Below are positions 54,359-63,735 of a DNA stretch of 64,000 nt, piece after piece. Position 1 is the first letter of the stretch; every line of letters starts with the position of its first letter. A program made the translations under genes and the position numbers. The DNA is from a virus (taxonomy: Duplodnaviria; Caudoviricetes). The stretch lies in the IMG/VR virus record IMGVR_UViG_3300028591_000071. One strand, given 5' to 3'. The notes beneath the pieces are model-generated. The model saw only the letters and a program-made list of their open reading frames with translations. It searched no databases and had not been told where the DNA came from.

Positions 54359-57178
54359 TTAGTTCTCTTCAAATGAAACACTCTCAGGATATACGACAAA
54401 ACTGATGCTGATATATTCGAGTGCAGGGGTAGGTTTGATGAGAATCTTTGCAGGAAGGATGTGTTGGTCTCTCGTTTCAGGGGTTACTTCGGTAATAACC
54501 CTATAGTCGAAGATACCACGATTTGCCTTAACATCTGCGAGGATTGGCTCAACAAGTCCTCTGAACTGCTTCTCGAGAGTATCGTCATACTGTTCGAAGA
54601 TGAGGTGCTTTGCAGCGTCGCTGATGAGCTTCTTAACACGAATCATAAGTCTCCTTACATTGACCCTGTTGAGAGGGCTCTCCCTTCTGTAAGCGGTCTT
54701 GTTACCCCAAATCTTAACACCGTCCTGTGCAAATGTCTTGACAGGGTTAATACGTGCCTCATAGAGAGTGTCTTCCTCTGCGAGGGTTGTCTTGTGGAGG
54801 GCCTTGATACACTTGACTTCACCACGCTGTGTACCTGCAGGTGCAAACCAAGGGAATGACTCGTTGTCAGTCTTAGCCATATTCCTTACAACGTCCTTCG
54901 TTATAGGGAGTTCGATATACTTCTTGTTAGCAGAATCGAAATACATAACCCAAGGGAAGTATGTCGCCGCATATGAAGTGTCAATATCCTTATCTTCAAA
55001 GGTGCTTGCAACTTCCATTACGTCCATATCCTTAGGGGCATTCATAATATAAAGTGCGTCACCACCACGTCCGTAATCAGCATCTTCAATAACATCAAGT
55101 GCCTCTTCGGTCAGAAGCGTATTCCTTTCCCAATCAATACCAGGCGTTGCGAACACATTGATGTCAACATCCTGTGGATTTGAGAATACCCTATAACCTG
55201 CAAGATATGCATAGTAGTCAGTCGTAATAGCGGTTGAAGGAAGGTCAAGATGTAACTCTTCATTTGATGAAATCCTCTTGAACAATGTGTCACCACTCTC
55301 TGCTACATGGTACTGAGATGACTTGAATTCATCAGTATTACTTCTTCCTTTTCCGTTTGCTATTCTGTTGACATCCCATCCGTCAAATCCGCCATAGAAG
55401 CATACGGTGAATTTTCTGACTGCAATATCATTGTAAATTGTGTAACTTAGTATAGGTGCATTTATGAATCTAGGCTCCTTTGTCTCACTTCCAACCTTGG
55501 TCTGTGATACTGTGGTGAAACGATAGCCATTGGCGCCATCAACATAGATATCTTCTTTTCCATATCTATTCAAAATTGCATCAAGATGGAATCCATTACT
55601 TAATCTACTGCCGTCAATGGCATAGAACTGACGTCCCTTGTAAGAAAGAATATCCCTTTCTATGCCAAAGGCCTTGCCGTTTGCTGTCACATAATCGCTG
55701 AAGCCGAAATACTGCCTCTTAGGTTTGATTTCCTTGTTGAGCAATGTATTGTAAAGGACGTTCACCTTATTTTCATCTGAACTATCTGCACTCTTTCCGT
55801 AGAAAGGAAGCGGATATCCAAGGAATCCTGCAGGGATGTGGTTGCTCAAGTCTTCGCCGTCAGCCATTTGAATAGCAATATACTTTGATTTAATTTCAAA
55901 TGCACCGTCATATGTACCAATCTTATATGCAACATATGATGCATCGCCTTCGATAAGTGAACAGTTGCTGAACCTTTCAAGAACCATTGGAGATACATCG
56001 GTATCATTAAAATCCCTGACAACGACATCAAACAAACCCTTCTCAGGTTTAATGTTCTGAATTGAAACCTTTACCTGATAGTTGGATGCGTCACCGTCTG
56101 AAATAGTGTAGAACCTGAACAGTTTTACCATTGTTGCTTCGCTTTCATCAGCGGCAACCTCGGAAACAATCCAAGGGGTGATTGCACACCTGTATGGCTC
56201 TAAATAATCATCATATGCGTTTCCATCCTGTGTTTCACCACTAGTAAAAACGTACTTATTTGATGGTTCTGGTGTGGTACCTGTCTCTGATGGGGCAGAT
56301 GCAACATATGTGTACGGTGATTGAGGAAGGTCGAACTTCTGTTCTTTATTGTATATATACCTATAAGTTACTACATCATTGGTCGATGATGATGTTGCCC
56401 CACTAAATGTATATTGCATATAACCCTTAACGGCTTCTCCTTCTAATGGTGTTATGGTTTCTTCTATAACCTTCTCCGCACCAACAAATGAATATTCAAA
56501 GATTGAGTCAATGTAAATAGGAGTGTTTCCTTCAGGGGATGTTGACAATACCTTATAAATGTAATCATTGTCAACAGGGTTCATTGATACATTGTACTTA
56601 TATTCCCCATTGACTGTCGATACATTTATCCTGAACCTTATACTATCACTGTCGATTGGAGTGCCTTCTGTTGAAAGCTCCATACACTGTGCATCATATG
56701 CCTTTGGAGTATATGGGCCAATGGTAACTTTAGTTACTTCTTCGCTGTAAGTTTCCTTAGTCACACACATTGCTTCTGGGTCATTCTCGTCAACCATATA
56801 CGTCATCCTACTCCTTAAGACGATTCCTGGTTTGTCGGTATTGGTTCTGACAACCCATGCCTTACCTGCATGGTATCCTGAGAGACCAAGTACACGAACA
56901 ACATTAAGTCTCCTTGACTCTTCAAGGTAACTCTTTGCTACATATGGAAGTTCATATTTAGGAAGTCCGTTCTTGAACTTCGCGGTTGATGTTCCGCCGA
57001 AATAATCGACGAATTCACCCCAATTTTCGATTTCGATGTTTTCAAATGCGGGTCCATACAATGTTTCTCCAGCAAGTCCAAGGCTGGTAATACCAAGACT
57101 CTTGACTGAGTAAGTTACATCTTTCTCTTCTGTGTAGATGCCAGGTGAAACATGGCCGCGTCTTGCATCACTTATCAT
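54359..57178 (-). CDS. Contractile tail sheath protein
   Basis: HVSPGIYTEE, GET..GPAF, VRVLG, YAATYFPWV, PWFAPAG..RG, LYEARINP, WGNKT, LNRVNVRRL, I.PTPALEYI; CTATTTAT at 57210-57217. Confidence 0.95.
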   Translation of the reverse strand: MISDARRGHVSPGIYTEEKDVTYSVKSLGITSLGLAGETLYGPAFENIEIENWGEFVDYFGGTSTAKFKNGLPKYELPYVAKSYLEESRRLNVVRVLGLSGYHAGKAWVVRTNTDKPGIVLRSRMTYMVDENDPEAMCVTKETYSEEVTKVTIGPYTPKAYDAQCMELSTEGTPIDSDSIRFRINVSTVNGEYKYNVSMNPVDNDYIYKVLSTSPEGNTPIYIDSIFEYSFVGAEKVIEETITPLEGEAVKGYMQYTFSGATSSSTNDVVTYRYIYNKEQKFDLPQSPYTYVASAPSETGTTPEPSNKYVFTSGETQDGNAYDDYLEPYRCAITPWIVSEVAADESEATMVKLFRFYTISDGDASNYQVKVSIQNIKPEKGLFDVVVRDFNDTDVSPMVLERFSNCSLIEGDASYVAYKIGTYDGAFEIKSKYIAIQMADGEDLSNHIPAGFLGYPLPFYGKSADSSDENKVNVLYNTLLNKEIKPKRQYFGFSDYVTANGKAFGIERDILSYKGRQFYAIDGSRLSNGFHLDAILNRYGKEDIYVDGANGYRFTTVSQTKVGSETKEPRFINAPILSYTIYNDIAVRKFTVCFYGGFDGWDVNRIANGKGRSNTDEFKSSQYHVAESGDTLFKRISSNEELHLDLPSTAITTDYYAYLAGYRVFSNPQDVDINVFATPGIDWERNTLLTEEALDVIEDADYGRGGDALYIMNAPKDMDVMEVASTFEDKDIDTSYAATYFPWVMYFDSANKKYIELPITKDVVRNMAKTDNESFPWFAPAGTQRGEVKCIKALHKTTLAEEDTLYEARINPVKTFAQDGVKIWGNKTAYRRESPLNRVNVRRLMIRVKKLISDAAKHLIFEQYDDTLEKQFRGLVEPILADVKANRGIFDYRVITEVTPETRDQHILPAKILIKPTPALEYISISFVVYPESVSFEEN

Positions 57179-57241
57179 ATCTTCAAAATGTTTTTATTCT
57201 TATTTTCTAATAAATAGCGTAAATATCCCAAAAAAACTTTT

Positions 57242-58357
57242 TTATGAATAGCTTATTGTTTTTTCGTCAACGCCTTCACTCTTTTTATATGTTGACGTAG
57301 GGTCGAATCCGTTAAAGATAACGTCGCCTCCTTCGTAATATCTTACCTTATCAACTTTTGCTACCTTTATCAAGTCTCCCTTCCTGAACCTCAATCCTTC
57401 TTCAGGCTCAACAGGGTTGTCATTGATATAGAGTTTGAAGGAACGGACATTCTCAAGGATGACATCCGACAATGCAAATTCACAATCCATAGTGAACGTA
57501 TATCTGTTATCACACGCTTCGAAATGAACGGTTATGATTATCGGGACATACGCATAATCAGACTCTTTCTTATAATCGCAAGGAAGTTCCTCAACCTCGG
57601 CGTAACTATGTTTGACAGAATCACCCTCCAATCCTAAAAATTTCATTTCAGGACGTTCTTCAACAACAAGGCTGTCCTGCGTTATGATATATGCCTTAAC
57701 GGTTATGTTGTACGACTGTGAGTAAAACTGCCTGTTGTCTATGCTGTACTCGGACTTATCTGAAATGTCATTGAGTTTCATCGGCATGAAATGTCCGTTA
57801 GGCCTTATGTAGCAATTGATTGACTTGAACTTATCGTTCATCATCTGATTGAACTCGTTGAGCAATTCATATTTGTTCGTCACAACGCTTACCGTGTAGA
57901 TGAGGTCGATTGCAAACGGCTGTTTCATTCTGTAATCGGTGTAGTATTTCCTTCCTGCACGGTCTCTTGACTCAACCCTTCTCATGAGGGCCGTCCTCTC
58001 TCCCGGAATGTTCATTGTGCTTCCGACAATCGTTCCCGCCTTCGGGTTGTTCTCCCTTGAAATGGTCTTGAAGTTGAGGAGCATGTTCTTCTTATTGTCA
58101 ACATTCTGCCATGTCTGCATATACTCCGTGAACCTCTGATTGGAGAAAAGAGAAACCGTCGGCAACTTCTGTCCGTCAAATGATATCCCAAGGTCTTCAT
58201 CAACCCATCTCTTGAACTCTTCGTCTATGTCCTTATATTCAACAGGAAGCGGTAGCGGAGTGCTGTCCTTTACAACTTCCTTCGCTAAGTTCGCCCTTCT
58301 CTCGGGGCCATATGGCCTATGGCGTAGTCTTAATAGATTCTTATATTCCCTACTCAT
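57242..58357 (-). CDS. Putative tail completion/terminator protein (gp15-like)
   Basis: Lies between the neck and sheath genes; P..IDLIY.VS...YELLNEFNQ...F motif. Confidence 0.55.
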   Translation of the reverse strand: MSREYKNLLRLRHRPYGPERRANLAKEVVKDSTPLPLPVEYKDIDEEFKRWVDEDLGISFDGQKLPTVSLFSNQRFTEYMQTWQNVDNKKNMLLNFKTISRENNPKAGTIVGSTMNIPGERTALMRRVESRDRAGRKYYTDYRMKQPFAIDLIYTVSVVTNKYELLNEFNQMMNDKFKSINCYIRPNGHFMPMKLNDISDKSEYSIDNRQFYSQSYNITVKAYIITQDSLVVEERPEMKFLGLEGDSVKHSYAEVEELPCDYKKESDYAYVPIIITVHFEACDNRYTFTMDCEFALSDVILENVRSFKLYINDNPVEPEEGLRFRKGDLIKVAKVDKVRYYEGGDVIFNGFDPTSTYKKSEGVDEKTISYS

Positions 58358-58902
58358 TATCCTGCAAATTCATTTGTATCAACGCTTGCGCATTGTATCG
58401 TTCTCGCATAAGGTTTTGTTCCGTACATCGTGAATTTGTTTGCCGTCATACCAACCCTGCCGTCATCAGTAACCGTGAAGTATTCCCTATGGTCTGATGT
58501 TATCTGAACGCCAATGTAATCACCCCTTGAAATGTCACAGCCGTATTCTTCCAATGTGGAAAGTAGGACGCTGAAAGTTAGTTTTCCTGTCTGTGCGTAC
58601 ATTCCTTTCTGAAGGGTATTGTCATATGCCTTCATCTCCGCATCGGTAATCTCATAGATAACGGGTATCTCAACAGGGGTCTTGTACCTTACGGCATTCT
58701 TGTCCGCCTCCACATATACATCATTGACCTTCGTCTTTGAAAGGTCAACCTGATAGAGGATAACAGTCTGATTCGCCTGCTGTTCCAAATACTCGGTAGC
58801 AAAAGCTACTTGGAGGTCGTAGTCTTCGGCCCCAAAAAACTTGTTGTTCCTTGTAATTGGAACTTTTTTCTTTCCGTTAGGTATTTTTACTTCAAGTGCC
58901 AT
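58357..58902 (-). CDS. Putative neck/head-closure protein (gp14-like)
   Basis: VILYQVD....NDVY.E...Y..PVEI, G.LTFSV....LEE..CDI.RGDYI. Confidence 0.65.
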   Translation of the reverse strand: MALEVKIPNGKKKVPITRNNKFFGAEDYDLQVAFATEYLEQQANQTVILYQVDLSKTKVNDVYVEADKNAVRYKTPVEIPVIYEITDAEMKAYDNTLQKGMYAQTGKLTFSVLLSTLEEYGCDISRGDYIGVQITSDHREYFTVTDDGRVGMTANKFTMYGTKPYARTIQCASVDTNEFAG

Positions 58903-59738
58903 TGTTCTTTATACTTTTCAAATAATTCGGGATACTTCTGTTTCAACATTGAACCGAGTTTTCTCTTGAATTCTTCTTTTTGAGTATCATTCAACTTCTT
59001 GTATTGGGCAACGAGTTCCTTGACGGCCTCTTCGTCTCCCTTTTTCAAGCCCTTTCTAAGTTCGTCCTTGACATTTTGCATCTCAACGCCCCTGTCCAAT
59101 ATCTTGAACCCGTTCTCTATTGCTTCCTGACTCGTTCCGAACACATCTTTAGTGACAATTTGGCCTCTCCATGGGGCATCGTGTGTGTTTTCCGCCTTCG
59201 GTATCCCTAACCGAGTAAGCATTGGAGACATATCTTGTGTGACCGCGAAAATGATATTGTTATATTGAGCGATTCCACTTATAACTTCAAACATTCCCTT
59301 ATATCCCGTAGGTGCAAAGTAAGCACAAAGGAAAAATCCGTTAATCCAAAGGCCAAACAAATAACTTCCATTTACCTCGTATCCGAAAATCGGCTGTCCC
59401 TTCTTTCCATTGCACAAGAAATGGAGCCATGTGATAAACCCGACTGCCTGCTTGCCCTCTTTGGACATCATCGCGTTATAATAATTCTTATATACCTTAT
59501 AGGCATTCGTATCACCAAATATCTTTTCAATATTCGCGTGATATCTCGGGTTTTGCTTATGCTTTTCATATACCTGTTTGGAAATCTCATACTCTTTCGC
59601 AAAGACCTCCGCAGGGACTATCATATCAGACTCCTTTATAGGCCCTGAACGGCCAACTTGACCAACGCTCAGTTCCAATAACAGACTTGATAACGATTCT
59701 GATACTATTTTTCTTATAATGTTTTCATTCAACACCAT
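58887..59738 (-). CDS. Hypothetical protein with putative capsid-targeting N-terminus
   Basis: MVLNENIIRKIVSESLSSLLLE; CTATTTAT at 59757-59764. Confidence 0.6.
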   Translation of the reverse strand: MVLNENIIRKIVSESLSSLLLELSVGQVGRSGPIKESDMIVPAEVFAKEYEISKQVYEKHKQNPRYHANIEKIFGDTNAYKVYKNYYNAMMSKEGKQAVGFITWLHFLCNGKKGQPIFGYEVNGSYLFGLWINGFFLCAYFAPTGYKGMFEVISGIAQYNNIIFAVTQDMSPMLTRLGIPKAENTHDAPWRGQIVTKDVFGTSQEAIENGFKILDRGVEMQNVKDELRKGLKKGDEEAVKELVAQYKKLNDTQKEEFKRKLGSMLKQKYPELFEKYKEQWHLK

Positions 59739-59989
59739 AATAACATGGTTTTAGATATAAATAGTTCCTTGTTTTCAATTACAATACAGGTTTAAGTACC
59801 TTGTTTTGACAATAACAGACAATATTACCAGTAATAATTAAAATAATATATAATTTATATATAAGATTTTTATTTTTATTATATAATAAGCTTTTAAATC
59901 GCGGGCGCGTCCGCGCGTGCGCATAAATACATTATTATTTTGTTTTTTGAAAGATTTTTTGTAAAATATATTAAGAAAAACTATAGTTG

Positions 59990-61999
59990 ATGCTCAGTGT
60001 AAAGAGAAAGTATGAAGCGATTGAGAAATTAAAGAGTTATATAGGGAATAATCCTTACCTATGCAGGTTAAAACGCGATGCAATTTTCTATCAAAATGTG
60101 TCGTGTATAACCGATTTTGCTGTTGAGTATATATTTGAGAACGAAAATCGGGAACCGAAGGTCGTAGGAAAGACAATGAAAATTGCCGATTGGTATGGAG
60201 AAAAACTTAAGAACGATTATAGCATAGAATTCACGCCGGAAAAGGTACAGATATTGATTTATATAGGAGAAACATCTTCAACATTCCATTGTTTTGTGAA
60301 ATGGAGGAAAAACATGGAACCGTTCGAATTGTTTATTCCCAAAAAAGCGGTGTTAGGTAATTTCCTAATTGGAGATTATCATAATGTGAAGGTTGATTTC
60401 GACAGATATGACAGACTTTCAATGTCAAAAGACCCGAACAGGAAGATAAAGCCACACCAAAAAGAGGGCGTTCAATTCCTGTTAGACCGAAAAAAGTGTA
60501 TTCTCGCCGATGATATGGGCCTTGGGAAGTCAATGGAGACAGCAATTGCGGCGATTGAAGGAAATTTCGACGCGATTGTGATAATTTGCCCCGCATCACT
60601 CAAGACGAATTGGAAAAAAGAACTACTTTGGTATGTTCCTGAGCGTGATATAACGATAATTGACACATTTAACGGAAAAACGAAGGGAGAAATGGAGAAA
60701 TTCCTTGGTTATGCCGAAGGAAGGAGCGGCTTGTCCGTCGATGAACTCAAAAAAGAGGCCGAAGAGATGGGAACTTGGCGTGATAACAGGTTTATCATCA
60801 TCAATTATGACATTCTTGACAAATTTTATGAGATTCCCGCAACAAGAAGCGCTGAAAACATAAAAAAAGCATACGAAAACAGCCCTCTGCTCCAATATAT
60901 CTCCAATAAGAAGGCGTTGTTGATAATCGACGAGGCTCACAAACTGTCAAACAAGACCTCAATCCGTTACAAGGTAATAAAAGACCTCATAAAACGCGGA
61001 AATCCAGACAGCGTTTACCTTCTTACGGGAACGCCAATCACAAATAACCCCGAAAATTTCTATTGTGTCCTCAATCTCATTGAATCGGATATAACAGGTG
61101 ATTGGCAATACTACATGGAAAGGTATGCCGCGGCCATGAAGATACCCGCAAAGGGCGAAAAAGAAAAGTGGACGAATATCTATCTTCAAAGAAGAGGAAA
61201 GAAAACATGGTTTGAATTGTCTGATGAGCAAAAAGATGAATTAAAAAGATTCATAAGGGAAAATGCGAGGATGATAACGATAACGAAGGGTGCAAGTAAC
61301 CTTGAAGAGTTGAAACTTAGGGCCTCTCACATTTATCTCAGGCGAACTAAGGAAGATATAAACGAAAGTCTTCCAAAAAAGACCGTCCATGAGGTTTTCT
61401 ATGACTTCGATATCATACAGATGATGGAATACGAGAAACTTTGGGAGGAATACGAAGCCGCACAGTTTGAACTCGACCCAACAAAGGAGGTAAATAAGGA
61501 CCTTCTCGAAGGTGCGATATACAGGAAATACTGTTCAGACCAAATGGTTCCGAATACGATTAAACTCGCCGATTCATTCGTACAAAACGGGGATAAAGTT
61601 GTTATTTCAACATGTTACGATGATGAGTTGAACGCTCTCAAAGAGTACTATGGGGAGAAATGTGTCGTCTATAACGGAAAGATGAATTCAAAACAGAAGG
61701 ACGCCGCGCAAAAAGCGTTCATGGAAGACTCTAATGTAATGGTTTTCATTGGCCAAGTTATAGCAGCCGGAGTTGGTCTTACATTGATTTCTTCCCATGT
61801 TATGATTTTTAACAACATGGATTATGTTCCTTCATCTTGTAGACAAATGGAAGATAGAATTTATAGAATAGGGCAAAAACACGATGTTGATATTTACTAT
61901 CAGATGTTCAGAAACACCCAATATGAGAAGATATGGAACACGGTCATGCGTAAGGAACTTGTAATAAATCAGGTAATCAAGAAAGAGGATGAAAAGTAA
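59990..61999 (+). CDS. SNF2-family helicase/annealing ATPase
   Basis: LADDMGLGKS, ICPASLK.NW, IINYD, IIDEAH, LTGTPITN, LRRTK, AAGVGLTL, QMEDRIYRIGQ. Confidence 0.92.
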   Translation: MLSVKRKYEAIEKLKSYIGNNPYLCRLKRDAIFYQNVSCITDFAVEYIFENENREPKVVGKTMKIADWYGEKLKNDYSIEFTPEKVQILIYIGETSSTFHCFVKWRKNMEPFELFIPKKAVLGNFLIGDYHNVKVDFDRYDRLSMSKDPNRKIKPHQKEGVQFLLDRKKCILADDMGLGKSMETAIAAIEGNFDAIVIICPASLKTNWKKELLWYVPERDITIIDTFNGKTKGEMEKFLGYAEGRSGLSVDELKKEAEEMGTWRDNRFIIINYDILDKFYEIPATRSAENIKKAYENSPLLQYISNKKALLIIDEAHKLSNKTSIRYKVIKDLIKRGNPDSVYLLTGTPITNNPENFYCVLNLIESDITGDWQYYMERYAAAMKIPAKGEKEKWTNIYLQRRGKKTWFELSDEQKDELKRFIRENARMITITKGASNLEELKLRASHIYLRRTKEDINESLPKKTVHEVFYDFDIIQMMEYEKLWEEYEAAQFELDPTKEVNKDLLEGAIYRKYCSDQMVPNTIKLADSFVQNGDKVVISTCYDDELNALKEYYGEKCVVYNGKMNSKQKDAAQKAFMEDSNVMVFIGQVIAAGVGLTLISSHVMIFNNMDYVPSSCRQMEDRIYRIGQKHDVDIYYQMFRNTQYEKIWNTVMRKELVINQVIKKEDEK

Positions 62000-62246
62000 G
62001 ACATTCAAGGAAAAAACATTTCGCCTCTATCATTCCATACGGGGTTATTTCATGCTGAAGAAATTCAAGCATGGGCATTATTATCATACAAGGCATTTTC
62101 CGAACACAAGATTTTACTATAACAAAGGAAATGAGTTCTATGAAGCGTTCTCCGTTGTTGTATGTCCTGGCGTTGCTTATCAAGACCAACGGAGAAAAGT
62201 GTTCAAAAATTGGGAAGTTTCAATATTAGGACTAAGGGAGGGCTGA
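61989..62246 (+). CDS. Hypothetical small basic protein
   Basis: Overlaps the helicase stop and fills the gap to the next gene. Confidence 0.55.
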   Translation: MKSKTFKEKTFRLYHSIRGYFMLKKFKHGHYYHTRHFPNTRFYYNKGNEFYEAFSVVVCPGVAYQDQRRKVFKNWEVSILGLREG

Positions 62247-62248
62247 CA

Positions 62249-62728
62249 ATGGAAGAGTATTTAGCATTCGTCGATGAGGTTGGTAGAACCATTGATGGAA
62301 AGTATATATATCGTTTCGACTTCACGGTTGATACGGAAACGGTTTGGGGGGAATTTTTCAATGTGGCCCCCGCCGCGATAGTACCAAATCTTCAGCCAGA
62401 CAAGAATACCCTTTCAAGAACGGCAAAAGTTGTTTTTCCAAGAAGCATGGTTATAGCAAAGAAGAACTTTTGCTTTTCAATGCAGGATTGTATAGATGGT
62501 ATAATACCGATTATATTCTCTGAGATAGACGAGAACACAGTAGAGTTGAACGATGCCCCATTTTTCCTTAATTTCGGGGAAAGGTTATCTTCAATAGAAG
62601 AAAAGTTAAAGGAAATAGGAGTTGAACTTTTTGATTATGAGATTGTTGAAAAGGGAGATGATAGTGCAATCGACGACTTAATTGACGCAATAGACGATAA
62701 TAACGAAGACGATGACATTGGATTTTAG
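62249..62728 (+). CDS. Hypothetical acidic protein (tandem paralogue A)
   Basis: Start at ATG 62249; LAFV...DG.Y.Y.F.FT...VWG...CFSM...FGE. Confidence 0.7.
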   Translation: MEEYLAFVDEVGRTIDGKYIYRFDFTVDTETVWGEFFNVAPAAIVPNLQPDKNTLSRTAKVVFPRSMVIAKKNFCFSMQDCIDGIIPIIFSEIDENTVELNDAPFFLNFGERLSSIEEKLKEIGVELFDYEIVEKGDDSAIDDLIDAIDDNNEDDDIGF

Positions 62729-62730
62729 AC

Positions 62731-63123
62731 ATGGAAGAAGAAGTATTGGCATATGTGAGGCCGAATTCAAAGAACACCGACGGGACATTCGTTTACGATT
62801 TTTTCTTCACGCAAACGCCTGAATTTGTATGGGGACCTGATTGGGATGTGAATAATCCTTCGGCAAACGGAGACATTACCCCCGAAGAATCAACATATTC
62901 ATCGGTACATAGGGTGAAGACGACGCTTCCGCTTAAGACCGCAGAAGAAACATCCTGTTATTCAATGGAATATGCCACATATAAGATTTTGGCACTTGCA
63001 TGGATTGATATAGAGAACCTTGACGAATATCCCGAACACGGGAGGATGACGCTTCATTTCGGCGACAGATTCGATGATGTTAGGGCAAAACTCAACGATT
63101 ATGGTTGGGATTTTAATAACTAA
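62731..63123 (+). CDS. Hypothetical acidic protein (tandem paralogue B)
   Basis: LAYV...DG.F.Y.F.FT...VWG...CYSM...FGD. Confidence 0.7.
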   Translation: MEEEVLAYVRPNSKNTDGTFVYDFFFTQTPEFVWGPDWDVNNPSANGDITPEESTYSSVHRVKTTLPLKTAEETSCYSMEYATYKILALAWIDIENLDEYPEHGRMTLHFGDRFDDVRAKLNDYGWDFNN

Positions 63124-63133
63124 TTTGTATATT
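63105..63133 (+). promoter_or_regulatory. Early-type promoter TTGGGA-N17-TATATT
   Basis: Exact match to the recurring motif, 6 nt before the NADAR ATG. Confidence 0.6.
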
Positions 63134-63139
63134 TAACGC

Positions 63140-63643
63140 ATGAAAGATTCAAGAAGAGATGGCATGGCCGTATATGACAAGCATGTAGCGTTTTGGGGAG
63201 GGGCATTCTCCAATTTCTATCCGTGCAAAATAAGGCTTGACGACAAGGACTATATAAGTTCCGAACAATATTTCATGGCTAAGAAAGCGGAGCATTTCAA
63301 TGACGAAGAAATGCTTCGGAACATTATGAACTCAAAGACACCGAAAGAAGCAAAAGCGTTTGGCCGTCAGGTAAGAGGATTTGATGCCGAAGAATGGTCA
63401 AATGTCTGTGAGGAGTATATGTATGAAGGCGTTTTTGCAAAGTTCACGCAGAACGAAGACCTAAAGGATTTTCTATTGAGCGACGAATTCAAAGGCAAGG
63501 GCTTCGTCGAAGGCTCGCCAATCGACGGTGTGTGGGGCGTTAAGATTCATTATGAATCACCAAACATTGATGATGAAAGTAATTGGAACGGGTTGAACCT
63601 ACTCGGAAAAGTTCTCAACAGGGTAAGAGAAGAGTTAAGTTAA
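63140..63643 (+). CDS. NADAR (YbiA-like) family protein
   Basis: FSNFY, SSEQYFMAKKA..F.D, P.EAK.FGRQV..F, AKFTQN, EGSP.D.VWG, G.NLLGKVL..VR. Confidence 0.92.
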   Translation: MKDSRRDGMAVYDKHVAFWGGAFSNFYPCKIRLDDKDYISSEQYFMAKKAEHFNDEEMLRNIMNSKTPKEAKAFGRQVRGFDAEEWSNVCEEYMYEGVFAKFTQNEDLKDFLLSDEFKGKGFVEGSPIDGVWGVKIHYESPNIDDESNWNGLNLLGKVLNRVREELS

Positions 63644-63670
63644 TGGTAGCAGATTTTGCTACCATTTTTG
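63642..63670 (+). terminator. Intrinsic terminator after NADAR
   Basis: ATGGTAGCA...TGCTACCAT followed by TTTT. Confidence 0.75.
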
Positions 63671-63735
63671 TTTATCGCCAATTTTTTGTATATTTAATCT
63701 AAAACAGCCGAGGGATTCGGCTTAACGGAACGAAT

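Noticed and set aside
58887-59738. GNAT-like acetyltransferase call for the 283-aa protein
   Set aside because: Only a vague resemblance near MLTRLGI; no acetyl-CoA binding motif that I can support
8876-59764. Reading the ATAAATAG sites as T4-type TATAAATA promoters on the opposite strand
   Set aside because: In that orientation they would point away from the adjacent start codons; the motif tracks gene direction as CTATTTAT in all ten cases
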